A stretch of 64,000 nucleotides of DNA from the human T2T-CHM13v2.0 reference genome, Homo sapiens. The stretch's first letter is position 1, and each line of letters begins with the position of its first letter. The notes below the pieces were generated by a model that made no database searches, was not told the origin of the DNA, and saw only the letters and a list, made by a program, of their open reading frames with translations. Positions 16,618 through 34,522 of this stretch are shown here, in pieces. A program made the position numbers and the translations under genes. The stretch lies in the NCBI RefSeq assembly GCF_009914755.1, contig NC_060926.1. The stretch is one strand, 5' to 3'.

Positions 16618-17075
16618 TTTTATACTTTAAGTTCTGGGGTACATGTGCAGAATGTGCAGGTTTGTTACATAGGTATACATGTGCCATGGTGGTTTGCTGC
16701 ATCCATCAACCCGTCATCTACATTAGGTATTTCTCCTAATGCTATCCCTCCCCTAGCCTCCCAACCCAACAGGCCCCGGTGTGTGATGTTCCCCTCCCTG
16801 TGTCCATGTGTTCTCATTGTTCAACTCCCACTTCTGAGTGAGAACATGCCATGTTTGGTTTTCTGTTCTTGTGTTAGTTTGCTGAGAATGATGGTTTCCA
16901 ATGTCATCCATGTCCCTGCAAAGGACATGAACTCATCCCTTTTTTATGGCTGCATAGTATTCTATAAATCATTCTAATATAAAGACACCTGCACACATAT
17001 GTTTACTGCAGCACTATTCACAATAGCAAAGACTTGGAGCCAACCCAAATGCCCATCAATGATAGACTGGATAAA
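16618..17075 (-). mobile_element. L1PA7/8-like short insertion with 5' inversion
   Basis: Antisense 3' UTR at 16618-16962 and sense piece at 16963-17075; TSD gata(c/t)tttgta(a/g)ttttt at 16601-16617 and 17076-17092. Confidence 0.88.
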
Positions 17076-19273
17076 GATATTTTGTAGTTTTTATTGCAAC
17101 TGAGACTGTGATCTTTTCTCCTATTAAATTTTCTAATTGCCTATTGACAATATATAAAGAAAATGTTTTCTGTAAGGCTTGGTATTACAAACATAATTAT
17201 TAAGGACAGTTTTGAATATCAAATGTAGTGCTACTTGAAGTCCAAAACTAGGCAAAGGCTCAATCAGTGGATATTTAGTTTTGATTCCAACTTTCCAATG
17301 GAGTGACTGCATTATACCTAGGAGTTTGGTATCTTTTAGAGTACATCAATAAAATGAGAAGAAAAAGAAGTTCTCATCTTACTCTTTCTTCTAAAGAACA
17401 ATAGAACTTATTAATCCTTTATCAAACATTTATTAAGCACAAAACAAAGCCATGCTCATTGTACCATATGGACTACATGAATGTAAAATATAATTCCACA
17501 TTAGTAGTTTTGTGACTAATGAAGCTTTAAAAAATTCAGCATTGAAAATCATTATGGTAATTACATAAATATTTGTTGATCCTATATTTTAAAAGAAACA
17601 CTTTGCTTCTCACATTATAGTGAGTAAAATTAAATAGTTTGAAGCTGTGTGACCTAGTATCGGCACAGGAACATCCATTATTTTTACTTTCTTACCTGTA
17701 TATATTATTCTAGTCTCTCATAAATATTTCTTTTCCTGTTACTAAGTTTTCATTTTCTTTAAGACACTTCTCTGCCTGGTAGAAACCTCAAACAAGCAAT
17801 ATGATTTCCAATAAAGAAAAAAACATCAACAATAAGGGGATTGATCTTAGCAAGAAGGTGAAGTAGAAAGACCTAGACCTTCCTTCCCTCATGAAAATAC
17901 TGATTTAATGGTAACACAGAAATAGAGCTAAATAAATTACCTGACAAATAATTCAAAATAACCACTGAAAAGATGCCCAACAATTTCAAGAAAATATGCT
18001 TGAACAAAATGACAATAGTAACAAAGAGATAAAATATATTTTTAAAACGAATAGAATTTTTAAGCTAAAGAGTAGAATAAATTGAAAAATTCACTGGAGA
18101 AACTCAACAACTGACTAATAAAGCAGAAGAAAGAATCAGTGAAATAAACAGAACATCTAAATTTATCCAGTCAGAAGAGAAAAAAAGACTAAACATTAGT
18201 GAAGAGAACCTGAGAGACCTATGGGACAACATCAAACAGACTAATGTATACATTGAGAGGGTGTCAGATGGTACAGAGAGACATAAATGGAAGAAAGCTT
18301 ATTTAAAGGAATAATTACCTAAAGCTTCCCAAATTGAGAGAAGGAAATGGGCATCCGGATTTAAGAAGCCAATAGATTTCTAAATAGAATGAACCAAAAA
18401 AGTCCACACCGAGACACATTATAATGAAATTCTCAAAATTAAAAAAAAGAAGAAAGATGAAAGCAGCAAAAGTGATTTATCATGTAAAAGTAAGCCTCCA
18501 TGAGACTATCAGCAGATTTCTTAGCAGGAACATTACAGGCTAGAGAGGGTTTGAGATGATATAGGCAAACTGCTGAAAGAAAAACAAAATGCAACAAAAC
18601 AACTCTGTTGACCAAGAATTCTTTGTCCAGCAAAACTGTCTTTAGAAAATGAAGGAGAAATATTTTCCCAAATAAATACAGGCTGAGAGAGTTTATCACC
18701 ACTAGACTTGCCATACAGGAAATGTTAAAGGGAGTTGTTAAATTGAAACAAAAAGAGAGCACACATGAAAGCATATGAAAGTGTAAAGCTCACTGGTAAA
18801 GATAAATATGTGGGCAAAGACAGAAAACTGTAATAATGTAGTGCAATGGTGGTTTATATAATATTTTAGTTCTGATAAAGAAGATAAATAATAAAAGTAT
18901 TTTAAAAATTATAACTATAAAACATGCTAATAAAAATACCATATAAAAAGATAAAATTTGATGCCAAAATATAAAGTGGCATAAAGTAGAGTTAAACTAT
19001 AACACAAGACAAAGAAGTACATTATAAAATAATAAATGTCAATTCACCAGGAAGATATAACAATTATTTATACAATACAATAAAGTTTATTGATGTTTAT
19101 TATTTGTTGTCCTATAATTTTCTTAGGTTTTTAATTATTTATTGTTACATCTTCCTGGTGAGCTGACATTTATTATTTTATAATGTACCAATTTGTCTTT
19201 GTTATAGTTTTTAACTCTACCTTATATCACTTTATATTTTGGTGTCAAATTTTATCTTTTTATATGGTATTTT

Positions 19274-19568
19274 GAGACTATTATTCTAAATGAAATAACT
19301 CAGGAATGGAAAACCAAACATCATATGTTCTCACTCATAAGTGGGAACTAAACTATGAGAATGCAAAGGCACAAGAATGACACAATTGACTTTGGGGACT
19401 CAGGGGGAAAGGGTGGGAAGGGAGTGAGAAATAAAAGGCTACAAACTGAGTGCAGTGTATACTACTTGGGTGAATGGTGCACAAAAATCTCACAAATTAC
19501 CACTAAAGAACTTACTCATGTAACCAAACACCACCTGTTCCCCAATAACCTATGGAAATGCAAAATTT
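19274..19568 (+). mobile_element. L1PB1-like 3' fragment nested in the old L1
   Basis: caggaatggaaaaccaaacatc...gcaaaggcacaagaatgacacaattgactttggggactc...cccaataacctatggaaat. Confidence 0.85.
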
Positions 19569-19610
19569 TATATATATATGTGTGTGTGTATATATATATG
19601 TGTATATATA

Positions 19611-19660
<50 letters not shown>
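19569..19660. repeat. (TA)n/(TG)n microsatellite at the L1PB1 tail
   Basis: Direct read. Confidence 0.95.
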
Positions 19661-22600
19661 CTCAACACCATAGCACCCAAATATATAAAGCAAATGCTGA
19701 CAGAACTAAAGGGAAAACTAGACAGCAACACAATAATAGTAGGCTATTTCAACATCTAACTTTGAATAATGAATAGAATATTTGGAGAGAAGATCAATAA
19801 AGAAACAAAGGATTTGAACAACATTGCAGATCAAATGGTTCTAAAAGACATAAAAAATAGTCTACCCAACAGTAGCCGATTACACTTTCTTCTCAAGTGC
19901 ACATGGAACATTGTCCAGAATAGATCACATTAGATTACAAAGGAGGACTTAACAAATCTAAGAAAGTTGAAGTTATACCAAATATATTTCTGACCACAAT
20001 GGGTTGGAAGCAGAAATTAACAGTACAAAGAAACTACAAATTCACAAATAAGAGGAAATTAAACAACATATTCTTGAGAAACCAATGTATAAAAGAAAAA
20101 ATCAAAAGGGAAATTGGAAAATATCTTGAGACAAACAAAAACACATTATACCAAAACTTACAGGATGTAGCAAAAGCAGTATTAAGAGGGAAGTTTATAG
20201 TGGTAAATGGCAACATTAAAAAATAAGAAGGATCTTAAATAAACAATTTAAATTTTCTCTCAATAAAACTAGAAAAAGAAGAACAAACTAACACCAAAGT
20301 TAGCAGCGGGAAGGAAATAATAATAATAATAGAACATAAATAAACAAAATAGAGATTAGAAAAATAATATTTTTAAAAAATCAACAAAACTGAGTTTTTT
20401 TTAAAAAAGGCCAAAAGAATGACATCTAGCTAGACTAAGAAAAAGAGAAAAGACACACATTCTAAAAATAAGAAACAAAAGAGAATACATCACAAACAAT
20501 GCCACAGAAATAGAAAGGTTTGTAAAAATACTATGAACAATAATATGCCTGCAAATTGAGTAATCTAGAAGAAATCAGTAAGTTCCCAGAAACATAAACC
20601 TACCAAGACTGAATCATGAAGAAATAGAAAATCTGAACAGACATATCTAGTAAGGAGGTTAACTCACTAATAGTAATTAAAACAAAAAAAAACTTCTAGA
20701 GAATTCTACAAACTTCTAAAGAAAAATTAACGCCATTCCTTCTCAAAATCTTCAAAAATATAGAGTAGGAGAAGACTCTTCCAAACTCATTGTATGAGGT
20801 TATCATTACACTCATTCCAAATCCAGATAAAGACATATTCTAAGAAAAAAACCCTGACATCAATATATCTGATAGATAGAGATGCAGAAATCTCCAACAA
20901 AATACTAGTAAATGAAATTCAACAACACATGAAAAGAATCATACACAATGGCCAAGTGGGATTTGTTCCTAGGTTGCTTCAGCACAGAAAAAAAAAGCAA
21001 TCAATGTGATACAGCACATTAACAGAATTAAAGATGAAAATGACATGATCATCTCAATACATTTTTTAAAAAGCACTGACAAATTTCAATAAAATTTTAT
21101 GTTTAACACATTCAACAAACTGGGAATTAAATGAGGTTATCTCAAAATAATAAAGGTTATAGATGGAAAGCCACAGGTAACAACATACACAAAAAGAAGA
21201 ACTAAAAGGTTTTCCTCTAAGGTTAGGAGAGTGGCAAGGATGCCCACCCTTACCAATTCTATTCAACATAATACTAGAAGTCCTAGCTAGAGCAACTAGT
21301 TGAGATAAGTAAATAAATAAAGACATCTAAATCAGAAAGAAAGTAAAATTATCTCTCTCTCACACACACACACATACACACAAACCTGTTAAAACTAATA
21401 AATAAATTCAGCAAAGTTTCAGGACATAAAATCAACATGCAAGATGTAGTTGTTTCTATACACTAACAGCGAACAATCTGAAAAGGAAATTAGGAAAGCA
21501 ATCCCATTTACAAAAGCATCAAAAAGAATGAAATACTTAAGAATAAACTCAACCAAGTAGGTGAATGACTGGTATACTAAAAATGACAAAACAATTGTTA
21601 AAAGAAATTAAATAACACGCAAATAAGAATAACCGCTCATGTACACTGATGAAAAGACTTACTATTGTTAAATACTTATACTACCCAAAGCAATCTACAA
21701 ATTCAAGGCAATCCCTGTCAAACTCTGAATGACATTTGTTTGCAGAAATAGATAAAACAATCCTAAAATCCCTATGGAATCACAAAGAACCCTAAATTTT
21801 CAAAACAATCTTGAGAAAGAACAAAGCTAGAGACTTCGAAACATATTACAAAGCAACTGTAATAGTGTAGTACTGGCATGAACGTAGACATATAGACCAA
21901 TGGGACAGCAATAAAACCCATCCATGTATGGTCAAATGATGTTCGACAAAAGTGTCAACACTACACACAGTGGGGAAAGGGTTCAACTCAACCCAGTGGG
22001 AAAACTGGATGTCTTCATGCAGAAGAATGAAATTGGGCCCTTATGTTGTATTATACATAAAAATCAACTCAAAATGGATTAGACATAAATGTAAGACCTT
22101 AAACTACAAAATTCCTGGAAGAAAACACAGAAGAAAAGTTTCATAATATCAGTCTTAGCAATTATTTTTTGGATATGACACCAAAAGCACAGGCAATAAA
22201 AGAAAAAAAAAGTCAAGTGGGAGTGCATCAAACTTTAGTTTGCTTCTGCCCAGCAAAAGTAGTAATCAACAGAGTGAAAAAGCAATCTATAGAGTAGGAG
22301 AGTAGGAGAAAATATGTACAAACAATATGTATGATAAGGAGTTAATATCCAAAATATATAAATAACTTCTACAATTCAATGGCAGAAACAAATAAAAAAC
22401 TTGGTAAAAAAATGTGCAAAGAATGTGAATAGACATTTCTCCAAATAAGACATGAACAAGATCAATAGGTATATAAAAAGATGCTCAACATCACTAGTCA
22501 TCAGGGATATGCAAATCAGAACTACAATTAGATATCACCTCACAGTGGTTAAAATGGCCATGATATATGTGTATACATTATACATAAATACATACATCAA

Positions 22601-23349
22601 ATGTTAGGAGGATGTGGTGAAATTGGAACCCTTGTAAACTGTTGGTAGGAATGAAAAAATGCAACTTCTGTTGAAAATAGGATGGAGGTTCCTCCAAAAA
22701 CTAAGAATAGAACTACCATGTGATTCAAGTATCTCACTTTTGGGTATTTATCCCAAAGAACCGAAAACAGGATGTTGAATAGATATTTCCACTCCTATGT
22801 TCATTGCAGAATTATTCACAATAACTAAGATATGGAGCCAACCTACAAGTCAACTGGTAGATAAATGGGTAAAGAAAATGTAGTATATACATAAAATGGA
22901 ATATTATTTCCCCTTAAAAAAGAAGGAAGTCCTGACATACGCTACAACATAGATGAACCTGGAGGTCATTATGCTAAGTGAAATAAACCAGTAACAGAAG
23001 GACAAATACTGCATAATTCTTTATAGGAGATATCTAAAGTAGTCAAACTCATAAGACCAGAAAGTAGAATGGCGGTTCCAGGGAATAGGGGAAGAGGGAA
23101 ATGAGGAGTTGTTGTTCAATGAGTATAGAATTTCTATCAATAAAGATGAAAAAACTCTAGAGATCTGCTGTACAACAATGTGCATAAAGTTAGCAATACT
23201 CTTTTGTATACTTGAGAATTTAAGAGTATAGATATCATGCTGTGTGTTTTTTGCCACAATAAAAAAAGAAAAACAAATTAAATGCTTATGTTGATTTGCT
23301 GTTACATATTTTTTTCCAACGGCAAAGTTGTCTGGTTTCAGTGGTTTAT

Positions 23350-23568
23350 CAGTGATTAGTAAACTACTGCCCACATAACAAATCCAACCTGCCATCTCTT
23401 TCTGTAAATAATTTTTTATTGGAACACAGCCATGCCCATTTGTTTACATATTGTCTATAGCCATTTATGATCTATAACAGCAGAATTATATAGGTGTGAT
23501 GGAGACCATGCGACCTATAAAGCCTGAACTATTTACTCTCTGGGCCTTTGGATAAAAAGTTGATCCTG
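23350..23568 (+). mobile_element. MER58A (hAT-Charlie MITE)
   Basis: ttttattggaacacagccatgcccatttgtttacatattgtctat core with cag...cctg termini. Confidence 0.85.
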
Positions 23569-23809
23569 ATCTGAATAGTGGGAATTTCTTTAGTTCATTT
23601 AAAGCCAAGCATGTGTGTGTTTAATAAATACCTGTGAGCCATGCTGTTAGTACTGCTGTTGATACTAATACTGAAATGCAAACTCTATAATACTTTGAAC
23701 ACATAAAATTAATATAAAGAATTAGCATAGAATTTTAAAATTGGACTGAAATTCTGTCTCATCTCTTCCAATAGGCAAAGGACATGAGAAACAGAGGAGC
23801 AAATGCTGG

Positions 23810-24260
23810 TGGTTATTACAACATGAACCATTCCAAAACAGCAACTGTGTATTGTTTCTTGGGAATCTATGATTAACTTAGCAGATCTCCTGTCTGGCTG
23901 GGCTCCATTGATATTAACTGGGCTTGCTTAAACATTTGCAATGAACCAATGAGTTGGTTAGGAGCTGGCTGCAGCTGGGATGGCATCAGCTTGGATGAAT
24001 TAGGTCTGTTCCAAATACCTTTCATCCCTTCCTTCAGCAGGGCAGCCTGGACAAATTCTCATGGTCATGGTGGGAGGGGTGGGGGATTCATGAACACAGT
24101 GGAAATGCACTTTTTTCAGGCCTTTATTTTCATCAACTTTGTTAATGTTTACTGTCCAAATTAAGGCATATGACCAAACCCAGAATCTGTGTTGATGGGC
24201 ATCAGTAGTGTGGATACTTGGAAGCATGAAAAAGTGGGGCTGTTAATACAATCAGTTATC
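23810..24260 (-). mobile_element. MaLR solo LTR, MLT1H/I-like
   Basis: cagcagggcagcctggac, catatgaccaaacccagaatc and ggggctgttaatacaatc resemble antisense MLT1I. Confidence 0.6.
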
Positions 24261-24621
24261 CTGGAGTCTGGGGCAAGATGGCCAAATAGGAACAGCTCTG
24301 GTCTGCAGCTCCCAGCGAGATCGTTGCAGAAAGCGGGTGATTCCTGCATTTCCAACTGAGATACCCAGTTCATCTCATTGGGACTGGTTGGACAGCGGGT
24401 GCAGCCCATGGAGGGTGAGCTGAAGAAGGCTGGGGCATTGCCTCACCTGGGAAGTGCAAGGGGTCTGGGGATTTCCCTCTCCTAGCCAAGGGAAGCCTCT
24501 GAGGGACTGTGTCGTGAGGGAATGGTACCCTCCAGCCCAGATACTGTGCTCTTCCCATGGTCTTCACAACCCGCAGACCAGGAGATTCCCTCTGGTGCCT
24601 ACACCACCAGGGTCCTGGGTT

Positions 24622-24933
24622 TCAAGCACAAAACTGGACAAAGGTTTGGGCAGACACCGAGCTAGCTGCAGGAGTTTCTTTTTTTTTTCTTTTTTCATAC
24701 CCCAGTGGCACCTGGAACACCAGTGAGACAGAACCGTTCACTCCCCCAGAAAAGGGGCTGAAGCCAAGTGGTCTGGGAAGCCAAGTGGGAGCCAAGTGGT
24801 CTGGCTCAGCGGGTCCCACCCCCACAGACCCCAGCAAGCTAAGATCCACTGGCTTGAAATTCTCACTGCCAGCACAGTAGTCTGAGGTCAGCTTGGGACA
24901 CTCAAGCTTGGTGGGGGGAGGGGTATCCACCAT
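24622..24933 (-). other. L1 ORF0 homologue (antisense ORF in 5' UTR), open for 103 codons from an ATG
   Basis: MVDTPPPTKLECPKLTSDYCAG...GSVGVGPAEP aligns by eye to L1HS ORF0 MAGAPPPASLPPCSLISDCCAS...DSVGVGPSEP; context gcaATGG. Confidence 0.6.
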
Positions 24934-25633
24934 TGCTGAGGCTTGAGTAGGCAGTTTTACCCCCACAGTGTAAACAAAGCCACCGGAAAGTTCGAACGGG
25001 GTGGAGCCCACCACAGCACCACAAAACTATTGCAGCCAAACTGCCTCTCTAGATTCGTCCTCTCTGGGCATCTCTTCTTCAGGTATCTCTGAAAAAAAGG
25101 CAGCATCCCCAGTCAGGGACTTAGAGATAAAACCCCCATCTCCCTGAGACAGAGCACCTGGGTGAAGGGGCAGCTGTGGGCACAGCTTCAGCAGATTTAA
25201 ACCTCCCTGCCTGACAGCCCTGAAGAGAGCAGCAGATCTCCCAGTACAGAGTTCGAGTTCTGATAAGGGCCAGACTACCTCTTCAAGTGGGTCCCTGACC
25301 CCCATGTATCCAGACTGGGAAACACCTCCCAGTAGGGACCGACAGACATCTCATACGGGAGAGCTCTGGTGGGTGTCCCTCTGGGGTGAAGCTTCCAGAG
25401 GAAGAAACAGGCAGGAATCTTTGCTGTTCTGGAGCCTCTGCTGGTGATACCCAGGCAAACAGGGTCTGGAGTGAAACTCCAGCAAACTCCAGCAGACCTG
25501 CAGCAGAGGGGCCTGACTCTTAGAAGGAAAACTAACAAACTGAAAGGAAGAGCATCAACATCAACAAAAAGGGTGTCTACTCAGAGACCCCACCCGAAGG
25601 TCACCAACATCAAGACCAAAAGTAGATAAATCC

Positions 25634-26651
25634 ATGAAGATAGGGAGAAACCAGCACAAAAAGGCTGAAAATTCCAAAAACCAGAACACCTCTTCTCCTC
25701 CAAAGGATCACAACTCCTTGCCAGCAAGGGAACAAAACTGGATGGAGAATGAGTTTAACAAATTGACAGAAGTAGGCTTCAGAAGGTGGGTAATAACAAA
25801 CTCCTCTGAGCTAAAGGAGCATGTTCTAACCCGATGTAAGGAAGCTAAGAACCTTGAAAAAAGGGTAGACAAATTGCTAACTAGAATAACCAGTTTAGAG
25901 AAGGACATAAATGATATGATGGAGTTAAAAAACACAGTGCAAGAACTTTGTGAAGCATACACAAGTATCAATAGCTGAATCAATCAAGCAGAAGAAAGGA
26001 TATCAGAGATTGAAAATCAACTTAATGAAATAAAGTGAAAGAACAAGATTAGAGAAAAAAGAATGAACAAAGCCTTCAAGAAACATGGGACTATGTGAAA
26101 AGACTAAATCTACATTTGACTGGTGTACCTGAAAGTGACGGGGTGAATGGAACCAAATTGGAAAACACTCTTCATGATATTATCCAGGAGAACATCCCCA
26201 AGCTACCAAGACAGGCCAACATTCAAATTCAGGAAATACAGAGAACACCACAAAGATACTCCTCAAAAATAGCAACCCCAAGACACATAATCGTCAGATT
26301 CACCAAGGTTGAAATAAAGTAACATAAAGGGCAGCCAGAGAGAAAGGTCGGGTTACCCACAAAGGGAAGCCCATCAGACTAACAGCTGATCTCTCAGCAG
26401 AAACCCTACAAGCCAGAAGAGAGTGGGGGCCAATATTCAACAATTGTAAAGAAGAGTATTTTCAACCCAGAATTTCATATCCAGCCAAACTAAGCTTCAT
26501 AAGCAAAAGAGAAATAAAATCCTTTACAGACAAGCAAATGCTGAGAGATTTTGTCACCACCAGGCCTGCCTTACAAGAGCTCCTGAAGGAAGCACTAAAC
26601 ATGGAAAGGAACAACCAGTACCAGCCACTGCAAAAACATATCATATTGTAA
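25634..26651 (+). pseudogene. L1 ORF1p remnant
   Basis: MKIGRNQHKKAENSKNQ..., KRLNLHLTGVPESDG; broken by stops (e.g. 25976-25978) and frameshifts. Confidence 0.9.
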
Positions 26652-26714
26652 AGACCATTGACACCATGAAGATACTGCATCAACTAATGCGGAAAATAAC
26701 CAGCTAGCATCATA

Positions 26715-30503
<3,789 letters not shown>

Positions 30504-31879
30504 ACAATGAGAACACATGGACACAGGGAGGGGAAACATCACACACCAGGGCCTGTCAGGGGGTGGGGGGCTAGGGGAGGGATAGCATTAGGAGAAATAC
30601 CTAATGTTGATGGGTGCAGAAAACCAACATGATACATGTATACCTATGTAACAAACCTGCATGTTCTGTATATGTTCCCCAGAACTTAAAGTATAATAAT
30701 AGTAATAATAATAAAAGAAGGCAAAAAAAGTCCACCCAATGCACTAAATAACTTGGGCAAAACCACAGCATATTTTAGCATCTGTCATTACTCTCCTGAG
30801 TTCTTTCTATCACACCAAGTAATTATCGGTAAAGTTCTTCATGATATAAGTTAAAAGAGATTAATCATTGTGGGTAAAACATAGTGAACAGTTTAGATTG
30901 GCTCATGATAATCACATAGACCACACTTTTAATAGAAATATAAGATAATATAATATATTTAAAAAATGAACACATTCTTCTAAGCTTCAAAGAAGCTATT
31001 TTTAATTGGCACTAAAAAGAGGAAATATTTTTCAATTTCTGTATACACTGGCATTTTCATAAAGAATGGATTTGAGGCTTACATAATAAAAAATACCATT
31101 AATCACTGGATGACCCTATTTTTTTCTATCAGATGTACAAGAAGTTGAAAATTCTGAGACTATTTTGTGTTATAGATATTTGAGATAATGATTAAGTGAA
31201 AGGACAAACAAATGCTGAATATCTTTAATATTCAAATATTTGCTGACTTAGGATATAGAAGTGATTCACAGCAGGAAAACAAGAGAAAAACTGTGTAGCA
31301 CATGCCTTTATTATTTGACTTTCATATACCTTAATTGTGCAGTAGCATTACTGGTTGACATTAGCAGATGAATGCGCACAAACACACACACATGCATGTG
31401 ATCTGTCATCGATCTTTCTTTCAAGATGCTCACTTTTTTGTTCTGCCCCTGATTTCACTAGCGTCAACATAAAATTCAACAGAAAGCACAAAACTTAAAA
31501 AGGCCATTGGACACACTGCATTCAGATTCCATCGAAGCAGCACCATAGCTTTGTTCTGGAGATGTGGGTGCTCAGTGTATGTTTCAGTACTAGCAATTTG
31601 TGAACTGGTTCTGTGCATACAGTTTGGAGTCAACCTGCCCGTTTTGGAATTCTTACTCGCCCACCTACTGTGTGACCTTGGAAGAACACCTTGACCTCAC
31701 AGGACTTGGTGGAAAGAGCCAGGCTGGGTGTAAAGAGAACCGTAAGTGATCAATGAGCATTTGTTTTAAAAATAGCACTAGGATTTATTAAGCACCTGCT
31801 TTGTGCCAGATATCACTTCAGGTGTAAGAATGCAAATCATAATTATAGATTACAGGTTTCAATTGCTTTCTGTGTGCCA

Positions 31880-32178
31880 CTAAGCAAAACTCTTCATCTA
31901 CACTTTTGGAGTCAGATATGATTTGTAATTCAGAATTCTTAAGATGCTTGTGGAGTATACAACAAGCTAAATGGGTCTGGAGCAGCACCCCATAATGCAA
32001 TATATTAACTTTTCTGCACTGAAACATTTCAACAGTCACACCAAATGGGATAAAGTCTACAAGCAGCTTCATGTTAGTTCAGGCCAGGTTTTGCCAAATG
32101 AGTTTGCTACAAATTTATGAAAAATTTTCCAGTCTCCAGAACATTTTGGATTTGAGTATTGTGAATAAGAGATTGTGT
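31880..32178 (-). mobile_element. TcMar-Tigger-family DNA transposon relic inserted in a MIR
   Basis: End ttttggatttgagtattgtgaataagagattgtg resembles a Tigger terminal repeat; MIR pieces on both sides. Confidence 0.4.
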
Positions 32179-34520
32179 TTCAATTTAACTCACTTCATCA
32201 TTATATCAAACCCATGAATTTGGTGCTATCATTACTGTTACTTAAGTTCAAGGAAACTGAAGCAGAGTGAGAACAAGTAACTCGTCCAATTTTACCCAGC
32301 ATAGAAGAAGCAAAGGCAATCTGGCTTCAGAATAACTGTCTGAACTAAATGATGTCAATAATAAGTAAGATAAACTAGGAGAAGCACAGGAAACTCAGAG
32401 TTCATTTGGATGAAACAGACAGCTAACAGGTACAGCCTAGAGTGGGAAGAGCAGGTGCTGGGGTGTCCAGGGTACTGTGGGAACTAAACAGAGGTGCAGA
32501 GGACCCCCAGGGATGGTGGGGAGGTGGTTCACAGCACAGAACAATTCAGACCACCATGTCTCTGAAATAAGTTGAAATCTAAAATTTAACTTAAAATCTG
32601 CCATTTCTTGTGATATTAGGTTTAGTGTCCACATCTTGACTTCTAAAAAGATACTCTATTTGTTTAAAACAAAACCTGGAATTCCATTGCTAAGGAAAGC
32701 AAGCCAGAAAACCCAAGGCTTTTGAGGGCAGCCAAGTTAAATATTGTATCTCTTTTTAAGAAGTTAATCCCCCTGGGTCTTCGACCTTTGTTCTTTGCTC
32801 CCAAAGGCAGTGACATATGATGTCTATCTTGCCAAAAATAGTTAAAAGTCATCTAGGAGCTCTCTGCTGAGTGGGCCAACCCGCGGTGACCTTTTTGACT
32901 AGACCAACTCCTGTTACGTTAACCTCTGACTTCAGTCCTCTTAATGGCAATATTCCCCAGCACTGTAATTTCCCTCCCACTGTGTTCTCTCAGGCAAATA
33001 TTTACTACTGAGGTTTCACAATTTATTTTTCAAACAAAGTGGCAGGGACCACCCCATGCCACCACATCCTCATTTCGTATTAGAACCCATCATTCCCGAG
33101 ATATAATTTTACCAGAACAAATGTGCTTTAGGGACTTTTGACATGAGATGAAGGCTTGACTTCCTATCAAAACCAAACCAGGCCCTTGTCAGCTTTTAGG
33201 TGGATATAAACAAGAAATGCAAGCCTGTAATTGGTGATGGAAATCAGATAAGACCTCTTTAAATACAACCATTGATACAAAAATGTGAACTCGAATTACC
33301 TTTGATTAAGTCACTTAAGAAAATAAAGCTGGGGTGGGTTTAAAAGAAAGATTCTGAACATGCTTGTGAACAAGATCTTGTAGTTTTTCAGCATCTCGGA
33401 GGCAAGCTGAAGAAAATTAAAGTCAGAACCGAAGGCTTATGAAAGGAAACAGAACTCAGAATAGAGCTCCCCTCGACCCCTACCATTTCTAAAGTACCAA
33501 CAATGACAAAGATCCAGCAATTATTCGTTCTCAAGCTGCAGCGTGTCACTCTGTGCAATAGAAATCTAAATATCGAAGTAGTCGATGTTTGATATTTAAC
33601 TTCTTATTGAGCTGTGAGAAATTCAGCCCAACCAGTGACAAACAACCCTCTACTTAACCACTTGACATTAATTTTCCAATAATAATTTTTATCCCTGAGT
33701 TATTGTACAGAGAGACCGCCTTTTCTAATGCTGGCGTTCTCCATCCTTGGACATTTTATACTCTTTTCAAGAAAAAATAACATGCAAAAGAGTGAAGCTC
33801 CCCCTGCCCTGTTTTTATATTATTTTCATTAAGCTTCACGACAATATTATTCTCAAGTCCTTAAAATTATTTTCCAATTTATTTGTGTGCCAGAAGTTAT
33901 AATTAAATTTTATGTATTTTATTCAGTAAAAAAAGTTCTAAGTTATTTTCAGATCTCAAAGAGAACTTTGTAGCATTCTTTTGATAATTATCTAAAATGC
34001 TTTTGGTAGATGGAGGATACAAATGTAAATAAAATCTTCTTTCACATCATTAGATTTTATCAGTTAACAGATATGTAGGCAAATATAAGAAGAAAACAAA
34101 TATACTATATGAAAAAATGTTTTAAGTTCTTTGGATTTTTTTAGCACTTGAATATTGTTTTCCTGTCATTATATTATAGAAGCCAAATCCTATTATCGTG
34201 TTTGGGCTCTAGCTTAGAAAAAAATGGGAATATTCTACAATACACATGTAACATTTCGAAGTCGGCTTCTGGCTTCAGAGACAATACCACAGAGAAATAT
34301 TACATATTTAAAAAGAAAGGAAATGACAGTATCTTTTAACAGATGGCAATCTAATTGTTAAGTGAAAACTTTGCTGCTATGTGTTATATTAATGTATTAC
34401 TTTAGAAATAGTAAATGCTCCATGACTTACCCTCCACTGTTGTTAACCCCTACTAATACCCTACATTATCAAATATTCATTTTCATAATATTGTTAGAAA
34501 GTTATTTTATTTTACACCTC

Positions 34521-34522
<2 letters not shown>

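Larger units (their letters stand above)
14200..17170 (-). mobile_element. Old L1M (L1ME/L1MC-like) relic interrupted by MIRs, a (TG)n and an L1PA
   Basis: T-rich antisense L1 motifs (tagtattccat, ggatcaaatggtat, tgcatagttttaatt); boundaries approximate. Confidence 0.6.
17836..23280 (+). mobile_element. Old near-full-length L1 (L1MB1/2-like 3' end) with internal deletions; ORFs degenerate
   Basis: 5' caagaaggtgaagtagaaag terminus, ORF1-like and ORF2-like remnants (NTLYQNLQDVAKAVLRGKF), and a 3' UTR aagtagtcaaactcata...ccacaataaaa. Confidence 0.8.

Noticed and set aside
30548-30582. G-quadruplex motif (and the C-run at 9603-9630)
   Set aside because: Ordinary L1 3' UTR G-rich tract
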